A stretch of 64,000 nt of DNA from Eledone cirrhosa. Taxonomy: Eukaryota. A model generated the notes under the pieces. That model searched no databases, was not told where the DNA came from, and worked only from the letters and a program-made list of their open reading frames with translations. Position 1 is the first letter of the stretch. Every line of letters begins with the position of its first letter. The stretch spans positions 37,820,001-37,884,000 of the forward strand of contig OZ024755.1 of the NCBI GenBank assembly GCA_964016885.1. The letters are read 5' to 3'. A program made the translations under genes and the position numbers. This document shows, piece after piece, positions 1 to 12,639 of the stretch.

Positions 1-312
1 GTATATGTATATATGTGTATATGTATATATGTGTGTATATGTATATGTGTGTATATGTATCATCATCATCATCATCATATATATATGTGTATATATGTGT
101 GTATATGTGTGTATATGTATATATATATGTATATGTGTGTGTATATGTATATGTGTGTATATGTATATATGTGTGTATATGTATATGTATATATATGTGC
201 GTATATGTATATATATGTGTGTGCGTATATGTATATATATATATGTGTGTGTATATGTATATAGATGTCTGTGTGTATATGTATATATGTGTGTATATAT
301 ATATATATATAA
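1..312. repeat. (TA/TG)n compound microsatellite
   Basis: Continuous gtatat/gtgtat repeats with a short (cat)n run; explains ORFs 5..331, 13..264, 15..320 and 75..344. Confidence 0.95.
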
Positions 313-607
313 CATTTTGATGAATACATAAAATTATTAATCATGCCTGTCAGATGTGCAGGTCAAGCAGAGTGTCTGTGCAGGTCAACCAGAGTGCTAG
401 AAATAGCCATTAGAGCCTAAAGTCAGCTCTACTAATTTAAAATTTCCCAATTTTGTTTAGGGGTATCCAAATACTATGTTGTGTATATGGACACTTATAT
501 AGGTGCAATGACATAAGAAGTTCTGAGAGTACATAACGGTGGTAAAAGGTCGATTTCTACTATCCATACACACACACACACACACGTGTACACACACACA
601 CACACAC

Positions 608-656
<49 letters not shown>

Positions 657-675
657 TACATGTGTAATGCTGTAT

Positions 676-1332
676 GGTAGTGAAACGTGCTTAGTCTGCA
701 GAGGACGTGTGTAGACTGCTGGAGAGAAATGAAGCAACCAACGCCCCATCGGATGTGCAATGTAAGTGTGAGAGAGAAGCGGAGGTTGGATGAGTTGAAT
801 GAGATGCTAGGTTTGAGAGGAATTGAAGGTGGTGTGCAGGAGAGAAGACTGCACTGGTATGGACATGTGATACGCATGGACATTGATTATTGGGTGAAGT
901 GGATTGGCAGTATCGGTGGGCGGTGGATTGGCAGTATCGGTAGAGGGTCGTAACTATGCTTTCCAGCATAGTTACGTCCCTTTACGATCTGAGTTCAAAT
1001 CCCGCCGAGGTTGACTTTGCCTTTCATCCTTACGGGGTCGATAAAAATAAAGTACCAGTAATGCACTGGGTAATTGCTGGCCTTGTGCCTAAAGTAGAAA
1101 AAAAAAAAAATTATTGGGTGAAGTAGTGCCAGGAAATCCTGGTGGAAGGTAGCTGCAGTAGAGGTTGACCAAGAAAGACATGTGGAGAGGTTGTGAGAGC
1201 TGACCTCAAATCACTGAGACACACAGAGGAGATGACAAAGGGTCGTGATGTGTAGAGAGATGCTGTGCTGAGAAGGATCCATACAACCTATGCAAGCATG
1301 GGAAACTGGACGTAAAAACGATGATGATGATG

Positions 1333-1333
<1 letters not shown>
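676..1333 (+). mobile_element. RTE-clade LINE 3' fragment, interrupted by a SINE
   Basis: Translation ...RMCNVSVREKRRLDELNEMLGLRGIEGGVQERRLHWYGHVIRMD matches the RTE post-RT region; resumes at ~1111 with RG*PRKT-like codons and ends tgcaagcatgggaaactggacgtaaaaac(gat)n. Confidence 0.85.
901..1110 (+). mobile_element. tRNA-derived SINE family A (OK/Meta-domain-like) with target-site duplication
   Basis: A-box-like tggcagtatcggta, B-box gagttcaaatc, core gactttgcctttcatccttacggggtcgataaaataaagtaccag, poly-A tail; flanked by direct repeat ttattgggtgaagt. Confidence 0.9.
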
Positions 1334-1382
<49 letters not shown>

Positions 1383-1422
1383 ATATATTAACAAATGGAA
1401 ACTATATTTATAAAACCATATT

Positions 1423-1487
1423 TATTTCATTATACATATTACAAGGACACCAAAGCAAACTATGGTGCGCTTTCATCAGATAAAATA
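1423..1487 (-). ncRNA. Degenerate type I hammerhead ribozyme (core GAAA mutated to GTAA)
   Basis: Reverse complement reads tattttat-CTGATGA-aagcgcacca...tggtgtcctt-GTAA-t-atgt-ATA-atgaaata. Confidence 0.55.
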
Positions 1488-1626
1488 TAATATAGGTTAG
1501 TTTTATAAATAAATATTGACATACCCTTAAAAAATATCTATCTAAAAATATCCAGGAGATTCCAACCAGAATGGTTGCATTTTTTAAGGGTATGTCAATA
1601 TTTATTTATAAAACTAATCTATATTA

Positions 1627-1692
1627 TATTTTATCTGATGAAAGCGCACCATAGTTTGCTCTGGTGGCCCTTGAAATATGTATAATGAAATA
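1627..1692 (+). ncRNA. Minimal type I hammerhead ribozyme
   Basis: Stem I tattttat/atgaaata (one G.U); CTGATGA at 1635-1641; imperfect stem II aagcgcacca/tggtggccctt; GAAA at 1673-1676; 2-bp stem III with ATGT loop; predicted AUA cleavage after 1684. Confidence 0.72.
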
Positions 1693-1805
1693 AATATAGT
1701 TTCCATTTGTTAATATATTGTATATTTACTCCAATAATTTGTTGAGTGTTTTATATCAGTTATAAAAATATTTAGCTTGTTGTATCCCAACAAATTAAAT
1801 ATAAC

Positions 1806-1873
<68 letters not shown>

Positions 1874-1964
1874 TTACACAGATAAGCGATACAGTCCTTG
1901 ATGCAGGTTACTTTAACTCTGAACCAGGGAAACCGAAAATAATATCACATATACCTATATATAT

Positions 1965-2310
1965 CATCATCATCATCGTTTAACGTCCATCTTCCACACT
2001 AGCATGGGTTAGACGGTTTTATTCCATTTTATGCGGGAATGGCCGGGAGACCATGTCTTGCTCGTACAGAACTGTCTCTGGCAGGTTTTTTACAGCTGGA
2101 TGCCCCTCCTAACACCAACCACATTTACAGTGTGGACTGGGAGCCTTTTGTTGTGTCGGTGACAGAGTGGATGGGGTAGGGTGTGTGGGGTGTATATTGG
2201 GTTAGGTGGTGCCTACTGACTGTAGGTTTGTATGCAATGGTAGTCGGGTCTTCTGCACAACTAACTGCATGGCGCCAAAGGTCTCGATCCAGTGTCAGTT
2301 TTTATCACCT
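1965..2310 (-). mobile_element. SINE 3' portion with RTE-type tail
   Basis: (cat)n tail, ttaacgtccatcttccacactagcatggg and ggatgcccctcctaacaccaaccac, all shared with many copies in the window. Confidence 0.75.
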
Positions 2311-2351
2311 CGTCCCAGGTTTTTCTAAGTCTACCCACTCCACAGCTTCCA

Positions 2352-2700
2352 TCAATTTTCATTGCCCTGCACTTGTTTTATACAGCTGTCGTCCTTCATA
2401 CACATCACATGCCCATACCAACACAATCTCCTCTCCAGAACACAACATTTGATACCTCTTATGCTTAGTCTCCCTCTTAGTTTGTTTATGCTTTGTCTTT
2501 CACACACATTACTATTACACATCCATCGGAGCATGCAAGCTTCATTTCTTTCTAATCTACGCAGGTCTTCAGCACACAATGCCCAAGTCTCACTACCATG
2601 TAATATTGGCGTTCATATACATGCATCATACAATCTGCCTTTCATTTTTAGAGAGAAACCCCTTGTGGCCAACAGCGGTATTAGCTCTCTGAACGTGTCT
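2352..2700 (-). mobile_element. RTE-clade LINE fragment (RT C-terminal region)
   Basis: MCAEDLRRLERNEACMLRWMCN...RRLCWYGHVMCM; same family as the 676-1333 fragment. Confidence 0.85.
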
Positions 2701-2907
2701 TGTTGTGTGAAATTAATGTGCAATTGGCTGAGCCTTCCACATATAGGCGTACCCTTAATGTAGTTCTCAGGGAGATTCAGTGTGACACAGAATGTGACAA
2801 GGCTAGCCCTTCAAATTACAGGTACAACTCATTTTTGCCAGTTGAGTGAACTGGAGTAACATGAAATAAAGTGTCTTGCTCAAGGACACAATGTGCCGCT
2901 AAGATTG

Positions 2908-3262
2908 ATTCCACAATTTATCAAAGACCTGCTGCAGTTTGAATATTTGGTCGGCTGTGCTGCATCTGGGGTGAAAGCCGTAATATACATTAGCCTAGCT
3001 TGGACTTGACTATCCCCCTGCATCTTTTTACCAGACACTTATCATATACTTTACCAGGGAGGCTTAACAAGATCTCAGTAATTGAAACAATCTCTCTTGT
3101 CTCCCTTTTTGCTTAGGTACTTTTCCAGAGATCCAGGCCACCTGGCACAGTAGAGAATACCTTCTCTATTTAAAGCTTTTAACATCTCAGACCAGATTTC
3201 ACCTTCCCAAACGGTCTTGCCACATTTGAGCTGTTTAACTGCTCTTGTAGATTAGCCACTGA
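2908..3262 (-). mobile_element. Degenerate RTE reverse transcriptase N-terminal fragment
   Basis: Manual minus-strand translation across frameshifts: AVKQLKCGK..EIWSEMLKALNREG..KKGDKRDCFNY..GFHPRCSTADQIFKLQQVFDKLW. Confidence 0.8.
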
Positions 3263-3605
3263 GATATTAGTCACCGCTCCTAGGACACACACTTACATAT
3301 ATCCTCTTTCAGATGAAAGACTAGCATCCGAAAGATAAAATATATATTTTTATTCCTTCCTTTTAAGTGCCATGCTATTATACTCTCATTGTAATGTTTT
3401 GTTCTCTTGGAGTATTCATAGATCTTTATTGATTTTTTATTATATATACACACTCACATATACATAATGTTATACTTAGCATCCTCCCTTCTCTCACCCA
3501 TGACAGACTTGGTCCACTATAAAATGTAACCATCTTACCCTCCTTGTTAGCAGAGAAAGTGACCCTCAAGTAATGCTGCCTCTGCTCATATATAAACTGT
3601 CTATA

Positions 3606-3960
3606 TAATTGTTTCTACTTTAGGCACAAGGCCAGCAAATACCCAGTTCATTACTGGTAGTTTATTTTATCGACCCCGTAAGGATGAAAGGCAAAGTCAA
3701 CCTCAGATCGTAAACTATGCTGGAAAGCATGGTGTCCGACCCTCCACTGATACTGCCAATCCACCGCTCAACTGTCTATATAATTGTTTCTACTTTAGGC
3801 ACAAGGCCAGCAATTATCCAGTGCATTACTGGTACTTTATTTTATCGACCCCGTAAGGATGAAAGGCAAAGTCAACCTCGGCGGGATTTGAACTCAGATC
3901 ATAAAGGGACGTAACTATGCTGGAAAGCATGGCGTCCGACCCTCTACCGATACTGTCAAT
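3606..3960 (-). mobile_element. Two tandem SINE family A copies
   Basis: Two reverse-complement copies of the 901-1110 element; the first is internally deleted; both are preceded by aactgtctatata. Confidence 0.9.
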
Positions 3961-4170
3961 TATATAATGCACCAAAATTATGTTGACCCTCAGCAGACAG
4001 CTGATAAAAATGGATGTCTCTGTCTATTTTACTCAAATTCTTTAGTGCATGTTGTTCTCCTTGTGGTTTGTACTCTGATCCTGACACACACACATACATA
4101 CATACATAATGCTAACACACACACATAATGCTAACACACACACACTCTCACACACATATATATATAATGC

Positions 4171-4217
<47 letters not shown>

Positions 4218-4234
4218 ATGCTAACACATGCATA

Positions 4235-4405
4235 CTGTACTTCCCGGCGTCAAAGACACTTCTTTTTTCCTAAAATAAGTCTAAAAAAAAAACTACCATG
4301 CTTCCTGATGGCCGAAGGTTGTTTATTATTTTTTTTCAAATTTTTGGTTGTCAAAATTAGGGTGGGTCCTCGAGGACGAAGTGTCTTCGGTGCCGGGAAA
4401 TACGG
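4235..4405. mobile_element. pogo/Tc1-mariner-type MITE (CCGTA termini, TA target duplication)
   Basis: Termini ctgtacttcccggcgtcaaagacac ... gtgtcttcggtgccgggaaatacgg, flanked by TA; second copy at 51447-51614. Confidence 0.85.
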
Positions 4406-5834
4406 TATATATAATGCTAACACACACACACACACACACACACACACTTACAACAGGCATCTGCAGTTTCCATCTACCACTGACTAAAGCATTAGTCAAC
4501 CTGGGCCTATAATAAACACTTGCCCATGGTGCGACACAGTGGGATTGATCCTGAAACCATGTGATTGCCACGTGAACCTCTTAACCAGACAGCCATACCT
4601 TTTATTGTATATCTATAACATATTAAGTTGTTTGATCCCCATAGTTTATTTTAAACAGCAGTGTAGTTTAGATAACACGACTGGATGGACATGAAGACTT
4701 GTTTGTTGTTAATGTAATTGATAAGGTATCATTAAGTTCTAATGAAACCACTCATTTAATTATGTAGTTTTATTTTATATATTTTGTGGGTTGCCAGCAG
4801 CACTGACTGACGAGCAGACCCCTAATGACTGTTAATTATTAATATCAATATGGTAAATGTCTTGCTTGTTTAGCCCAAACCTGAATTAAGAAAGTAATCT
4901 GTTTGGTACCCATGGATGGACGGAAGATACTCACAAGATAATAAGAAATAACCTAGTTTAGATATATATACACACACAAAGTATTGTTGTTTGTAAAACT
5001 AGACTTGGTATTATCATTATGATAGGCATGGTGGGTTGGCTACGTTTATGTATTTGTTCTGCTTCTTTATATTTTAAGTTCAAATCTTGCTGAGGTCAAC
5101 TTTGCCTTTTATCCTACCGGAGTTGATAAAAAAAAGTACCTATTAATTTAATTGACTTTCCTTTCCCCTCAAGCCTTGTCTAAATTAGAAATCATTTTCA
5201 TCATTGACATCATCATCACCACTGCTATTGTCAGTGATGATAGCTTATAATTTATGCACAAGGCTAATAATTCTTGGCAAGTGGAAAGTTGACTAAATCG
5301 ATCCCAATATTGAATTTTATTTTATCGACCCTGGAAAGATGAACTGTATTGTTGATCTTATTGTGATTTGAACTCATCCGTGATTATAAGAATTATTTCT
5401 ACTTTTGGCACAAGGCCAGCAATTTGAAAGAAAGAGGAAGGTTAATTAAATCGATAAGGCAAAGCTAACTTTGGTGGGATTTGATTCAGAACATAAAGGA
5501 CTGTAACTCTATGCCACAAAGCATGTTGTCCAATGCTCTACGGAAACTGCTAATCCACTGCCCTTTGTATCTGCTATAATGATTCCTTATTTAATCATAA
5601 GACCACCATGTCAGGAATTGTATAGCAGTCATATCTTTCTTACTACAGTTTTATGAAGTTTACAGACTCAACCATAGATCTAAACTGGTTTGACAGGAAT
5701 GGATCTGTTTAACCTCCTCTTGTAAGCCTGGAAATACGGACATAAAAATGATGATGATGATGATGATCATGTGTGTGTGTTGACCACTTTAGTCTTTTAA
5801 TAGGTTTTTTATTTTATCAAGGTGTATAAAAATA

Positions 5835-6020
5835 TAATTGTTTCTACTTTTGGCACAAGGCCAGCAATTACCCAGTGCATTACTGGTACTTTATTTTATT
5901 GACCCCGTAAGGATGAAAGGCAAAGTTAACCTCGGCGGGATTTGAACTCAGAATGGCAAGGACCATTACTCTATGTGTCAAAGCATGGCGTCCGACCCTC
6001 TACCGATACTGCCAATCCAC
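5835..6020 (-). mobile_element. SINE family A
   Basis: Full reverse-complement copy; older degenerate copies lie at ~5030-5565. Confidence 0.9.
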
Positions 6021-6683
6021 ATAAAAATATAATATAATTCAAGCAGGGAAAAGCAAACGTAAAATGATGATGATGATTGAACAATAATGATAAAGGAAAG
6101 AAAAAAAGGAGGTTGGGGGGGGGGGGGAGATATTCACCACCAAGTGTGACAATCGACCGTACCTCACACCTTAGGGGTTAACTACACACTTTGTGGCAAG
6201 CCAACACACTCACAGCGTTACCACAGGTGATGGCGAGGCTAAGGCGCTGAAATAACCATGCATCCTCATGAGCATCACCTGGCATCGATGTTTAAAACAA
6301 ACATGGATGTTTATTTATGTCAGACAGCTTAGAGGTTTGATGAAGATGTTATATATACCATACTTATAAATATAATATGGGTTGGCATCAGGTTCAAGAA
6401 AGTCTATTCCATAAACAATTATGATGATGATGATGACGATGTAGAAAATGTAAAATAAATAGAATTAGAAATACTACAAGTTCCAGCCATACTTCATGGT
6501 TGAGTAGTTTTACTCTTAAGAAGAGTAGCAGCATTCAGCTGTAAAAACAGTAAACTAACCATCCCACCCATTCCAGCAGTATTTAATTGATGGTTTCTAA
6601 TTTAAGCAGAAGACCAGTAATTTTAATTACTCCAATATTTGATTAGTACTTTATCAACTGTGAGGATAAAAGGTCTTCTTCTT

Positions 6684-7398
6684 GTCAGTTACAAAGCTTG
6701 GCTAGATATGGTTCTGCCACAGCTGAACACATTGCTGTCCTTGTGTCCACAAGAGTGTCAGTTATAAAGCTTGGCTAGATGTAGTTCTGCCACAGCTGAA
6801 CACATTGCTGTCCTTGTGTCCACAAGAGTGTCAGTTATAAAGCTTGGCTAGATGTAGTTCTGCCACAGCTGAACACATTGCTGTCCTTGTGTCCACAAGA
6901 GTGTCAGTTATAAAGCTTGGCTAGATGTGGTTCTGCCACAGCCGAACACATTGCTGTCCTTGTGTCCACAAGAGTGTCAGTTACAAAGCTTGGCTAGATG
7001 TGGTTCTACCACAGCTGAACACATTGCTGTCCTTGTGTCCACAAGAGTGTCAGTTACAAAGGTTGGCTAGATGTGGTTCTGCCACAGCTGAACACATTGC
7101 TGTCCTTGTGTCCACAAGAGTGTCAGTTACAAAGCTTGGCTAGATGTGGTTCTACCACAGCTGAACACATTGCTGTCCTTGTGTCCACAAGAGTGTCAGT
7201 TACAAAGGTTGGCTAGATGTGGTTCTGCCACAGCTGAACACATTGCTGTCCTTGTGTCCACAAGAGTGTCAGTTACAAAGCTTGGCTAGATGTGGTTCTG
7301 CCACAGCTGACCACATTGCTGTCCTTGTGTCCACAAGAGTGTCAGTTACAAAGCTTGGCTAGATGTGGTTCTGCCACAGCTGAACACATTGCTGTCCT
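6684..7398. repeat. 73-bp minisatellite, ~9.8 copies, derived from a LINE 3' end
   Basis: Unit gtcagttacaaagcttggctagatgtggttctgccacagctgaacacattgctgtccttgtgtccacaagagt; starts at 6684, 6757 and so on. Confidence 0.95.
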
Positions 7399-7610
7399 TT
7401 CTCATTAAACTCTGCCAAGTCCAATGCTGTCCAGGGGTGTTCCAGCAGGGGGGATATCAGGAGGTGCTGTGTAGTCTGTGGTTTTATGCCACAGTCACAC
7501 ACATATCTCCATTTTGCAAGATTGACTTTTGCACGTTCAACACCAGATCTTTGTTTAGGCATTTCCACACTGCATAGTTTGTATCTGCTCCAGGAGTGCA
7601 GTGCCTTAGC
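7340..7610 (-). mobile_element. LINE ORF2 C-terminal fragment with degenerate Cys/His motif (RTEX- or I-group-like)
   Basis: ORF 7359..7568: KVNLAKWRYVCDCGIKPQTTQHLLISPLLEHP...QLWQNHI*. Confidence 0.7.
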
Positions 7611-8258
7611 AAGTTGACCTTGGTGGTGTTTGAACTCAGAACATAAAGAGTAGGAAGAAATGCTATAACTTTTTTAGTCTGATGCTCTAACGATTCTGCT
7701 AGTCCACCACCCAAATAGTGGTTTCTAATTTTAGCACAAGACCAGCAGTTTTGTTATAAGAAGAAAGTTGATTAAATAGACCCCAGTACTTGACTGGTAT
7801 GTTTTGTATTATTGATCTTGTTTGGATGAAATGTAGAATTGATATTGGTGCTATTCAAATTTAGAATGGGAAGATCTGGAACAAATGCAGCAACTATTCA
7901 GTCCAGGGCTCTAATAATTCTGCCAATACCCCACCCCCCTCAGTAGTATCTAATATATGTTAGACAGTAAACATAAAAATATAAAATGATTCAGTCCAAA
8001 ATGCCAGGTAGAAGCTGAATAGAAAAAATCTGCTCCTCCATTATTTGGTTAGCCATTTTGATACCAACCAGCCTAAAGCCAGCTCTGGTTCTATCATACA
8101 AAATGGATAAAATACCAATTTTAAAGTTTTCATAATTTTATGCAAGAACATTTGACGCAGTGCTCCAGAACTTCTTAATGAAGCAGTGATTTTACCAAAT
8201 TACTCCATTTTTTTTTTATTTCCAAATTAATTGAAAGCAGTTTCTTTCATTAGAAAAA

Positions 8259-8726
8259 CTAGCAGAAAACCACCCTTCGGGTGGTTTTCTGCTAGCATAT
8301 GTAGTATGTATATTGATATTATACATGTAGATATGATACATCAAATAAAATCGTAATTGACAATATATAATGGATAGAAATTGAACAAAGACTGCGTTAC
8401 ACTGTCTTATTTAATCAGTAACGTAATCCATGATACATTAAAAAAGATATTATATATAAACTGCAAGAGGAGAAAATTAGTGACAGAAAATTAGTATGTT
8501 TATTTAAGCGATGGCCAACCGGAAGTGTTGACATTTCAGAAATTTTAAAGAAGTGAATCTTTAAATAAACAAAATATATTTAATCAACAGTCACAAAATT
8601 TAGTAGATAAATTATGTAATATTCATTCATTATTTATTCAAAGTAATCCAACTTTTTTTTTACTAATGGGATAAAAAATTATAAACCATACGCAGTCCCG
8701 CGCTCCTTACTTTATTATAGTTTAGA
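8259..8726 (-). mobile_element. Non-autonomous Helitron
   Basis: On the minus strand it has a 5' TC and 3' CTAG, a terminal perfect 17-bp hairpin (8259-8295), insertion between A and T with no target duplication, and it splits a host MITE. Confidence 0.75.
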
Positions 8727-8778
8727 TGGTAACAAAAGGATTGATAACTGATTTCTTAAGCAAAGCAAGGTCAGTTGT

Positions 8779-9394
8779 TTAACTCTCTAGCATTTAAACC
8801 GGCTGTATCTGACCAGGAGTTCTCCCACCTCTTTCTGTTCGAACCGGCCGTAACTTGCTACTCATATTTATGTTAAGGTATTGTTCTCACAATAAATAAT
8901 ATCGAAATCTCATAGATTTGATATTATGTGAGATAATTATGTGCGGTAAAGCCATTATCATGAAAATACAATAGTAAATGTAGAGTAATGTAAATGTTAT
9001 GTGAGATATGTGAGGTAAAGCCTTTACCATGAAAATACAATAGTAAATATAGAGTAATGTAAATATTATATGAGATAATTATGTAAGATAAAGCCTTTAC
9101 TGCGAAAATACAATAGTATATAGTGCTTTATAGTATTCATTCCAGCTGTTCTGTGAGTTCAAATCCCGCTGAGGTCAACTTTGCCTTTCATCCTTTCAAG
9201 GTCGATACAAAAAGTACCAGTCTTGATTTTTCCTCTCTCTGGAAGAAATCTGCTGTACTCAGGCCTGGGGAGGGATGGACTCTGCCAGACTTATAATGCC
9301 CAAGAAATGCTGTATGTCAATACGGTGCCCCTACAACTCTATCAGGAGTTACGGGACCATACCATATAGAATAATGTAAATGTTAAAGGGTTAA
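8779..9394. mobile_element. piggyBac-type MITE family 1 with internal duplications and an inserted SINE fragment
   Basis: ttaactctctagcatttaaa ... taaatgttaaagggttaa; SINE A fragment at ~9125-9220. Confidence 0.7.
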
Positions 9395-10654
9395 AGGATG
9401 AAAGGCCAAGTTTACCTTGGTTGGATTTGAACTCAGGACACAAAGAGTTGGAACAAATATATCAAGGGATTTAATTCATACTCTTCTGACTGCCATTTCG
9501 CTGCCTATAGAAATTATTCCTAAATAAAAGTAAAGTTAAAAATAAAAATGATTTGTAATTAATAAAATAAGTAGAAGGCAATTATGACTTCCTGGTCAAC
9601 ATTTCAATTGAAAAAAATATCTTAAAACATTTACTCAATGAAAACATCCCACTCAAGCCAATGTGTGGTCTCTCGTCCTGCTAGAAATAGCAGCCAAATT
9701 CTATTAAAATTACATCTTATCATTTAAAAAAAGACATGTTGGATAATGTAGTTCTGGGTTCCCCGAACATAAGAAAAAGGCAGCTCCTGACAATAATGTC
9801 TTAGATTACAGGTCATAGATACACAATGTCTGAAAAAAGATGGGATAGTCATAGCTAGTAATATCTTTGGTCATAAGCCTGCTTGATCAAGTCCTAAATA
9901 TGCTATATCTGAAAACAAAACAAAACATACAAACAAAAACAAAACATGGGATGATCATAGTGATATCTTTGTTCATTAGATATATTCATCGTCATCATCA
10001 TTTTATGTCCACTTTTCCCTGCTTTCAAAGGTGGGACGGGTCCTATTCAGCACAGCATCTCTTCATTTGTCATGGTCCTTCATCATCTCCTCCGTGAACT
10101 TCAGCGATCTGAGGTCAGCTCTCACCACCTCTGCCTATGATTTTCATGGTCTTCCTCTACTGCGTCTTCCTTCTACTGGGATATCTTGGCACTTCTTTAC
10201 CCAGCGTAAAGGGACGTAACTATGCTGCAAAGCATGGCGTCCGACTCTCTACCGATACTGCCATTTCACCAAAATTAATGATATATCATCATCATCATCA
10301 TCATTGTTTAACATCCATTTTCCACGCCAGCAAGGGTTAGATGGGTTGTCCAGTTAGAGGCAAGTTGTGTCAGGTGACCGTGTCTTACTTACATAGAACT
10401 GTTTCTGGCTAGGTTTCTACAGCTGGATGCCCTTCCTAATGCCAACCACATTTACAGTGTGGATTGGATACTTTTTGCCGTGACACCTACATGACCACTT
10501 TACAGTGTGGGCTGGGTGCTTTTTTGTTGTGATACCAACATAACTTTACAGCGCAGGGGTGGGTGGGTGTTGGGGTGTGAGAGGTGTATGGAAGATGGTA
10601 TAATTTATATTTGAATCCGTGTACATGGGAAGGCAGGTCTTTTGTATTACCACA

Positions 10655-11077
10655 TAATTGTTTCTACTTTAGGCACAAGGCCAGCAATTACCCAGATTTG
10701 AACTCAGATCGTAAAGGGACGTAACTATGCTGGAAAGCATGGGGTCCGACCCTCCACCGATACTGCCAATCCACCGCCCTCAACTTTGTATTACCACATA
10801 ATGCCAAAGATCTCAATCCTGTGTCCTTGTCTTTGAGAGGTGCAATTGCGCAAGGTCAGCTTTTATTACCTCGTCCCAGGTCTTCCTTTAATAAGTGTTT
10901 CTACTTTTGATACAAGGCCAGCAATTACCCAGTGCATTGCTGGTACTTTATTTTATTGACCCTGTAAGGATGAAAGGCAAAGTTAACCTCGGCAGGATTT
11001 GAACTCAGATCGTATAGGGACGTAACTATGCTGGAAAGCATGGTCACCGACCCTCTACCGATACTGCCAATTCACCA
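10655..11077 (-). mobile_element. Two SINE family A copies nested in an older SINE/RTE tail
   Basis: 10655-10779 (internally deleted, flanked by duplicated tttgtattaccacataat) and 10893-11077. Confidence 0.85.
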
Positions 11078-12639
11078 TAATAATACTGAAATGAAGCTAT
11101 CGAATAGGACAGATATACCTTCAATCGTTTTCCTACTCACTCAATAATTTAATCAAGTCAGTATCATTATGATACCAGCTGAAGGAAATCAGAGTGCACA
11201 CTGACCCTTTAAATAGTGGAAAAAACGATTTCATGTGGATAGAAAATGTTAGTTTTGTAGAGTTTCTATCTACCAATTTCACTTCTGAGGCATTAGACAG
11301 CTGGAGGCTCTAGTAGAAGACATTTGCCCAAGGTGTTATATAATATGATACTACCGGAAACCATTTGGTTATGAAGCAGACTTGTTAACCACATAGACAT
11401 GCCTGCACCAATCTTAATATTATTTAAAACTTGAATTATATTTGTGGACTTAGTACACTCGCAATAAGAGGAGGGTGTGGCTACAGCCTCTTACATTTAA
11501 AAATAGATTTATAGTGTAATAAAAGTATATACATCCTGTCTTTATGGGCATCCAATCACTTACTTATGTCTTTCTCACCTACAAAACATGAATAGATAAA
11601 CATTTTACACAGAGTTAATGAAGTCTCTAGTGAGATGCCTTTACAGAGCTCCATTTAGCTACACTTACCAGCACCAGGGAGCCACTGTATGATCATGCAA
11701 CTTGCTAGAATTAGTAGCCAAATATCCCTACAAAACATAGCCTCTTTCATAGTCACTGAAGTCTCTAGGGAAATGGTTTTATAGAACTCTAGCTAGCGAC
11801 ACCTACCAGCACAAGTCAACAGTGGTGCCACTGTATATCCACTTGACCTATTAGAAATAACATGCTACCATCTTAAGCCTTTTGTTGTCATATTTCTAGT
11901 GAAGGACACTGCCTATGATTTCCAAATCATTTTGAAAATAAAGAATTTGGAGGGATTTTATAATATATAACTTTGTAATTATTTAGCTGGTGTTTGGAGA
12001 ATAACTTAAGAATAGTCCTTGCATAAAATTATGGTGGAAAGTTTTGAGATAAATATAATCACTTTAAGATGTATCACAACTTAATACTGTCATACTAAGT
12101 GAAGTATCAGGTGGATTGGGATCAGAAGAGATAAGGATAGAAAGGACATACTGGATAATGTAGTCTCATATTTTTCACAATACTCAGGATGGTCATGGCT
12201 GGAACACATTTAATCACTGTTTGTTTGATTAAAGCTGACTGAGGACTACATAACTATAACAATGCAACAGCAGCATTTCAACTTTTGCTGTACTTATAAC
12301 AATGGTCACCTACTTATTTACACCATACGGACCCCAAACATGGACAGATTTATAAAGAACCCTTAACCCTTTAGCATTCACATTACTCTATATATACTGT
12401 TGTATTTTTATGGTAAAGGCTTTATCCTACATAATATCTTACATAATATCGACTTTTGATGAGTGGTTAGTTAAAGCCAGTTTGAACAGAAAGAGGTGAG
12501 AGAATTCTGGCCGGATTTGGCCGGTTAAACATGATATTTTATGATACAAACCTCAAATATTACTAAAAGACTAATCAGAAACCCATAAACTTGATAGAAA
12601 GAATATATACATAGACATTTTAAAATATGATCATGAATA

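Larger units (their letters stand above)
1380..1721. repeat. Long inverted repeat (~150-bp arms, ~43-bp spacer); probable Penelope-like element pLTR remnant
   Basis: 1380-1535 is the reverse complement of 1579-1721 apart from one ~14-nt indel and a few substitutions; the region lies between (TA)n runs; each arm carries a hammerhead motif. Confidence 0.85.
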
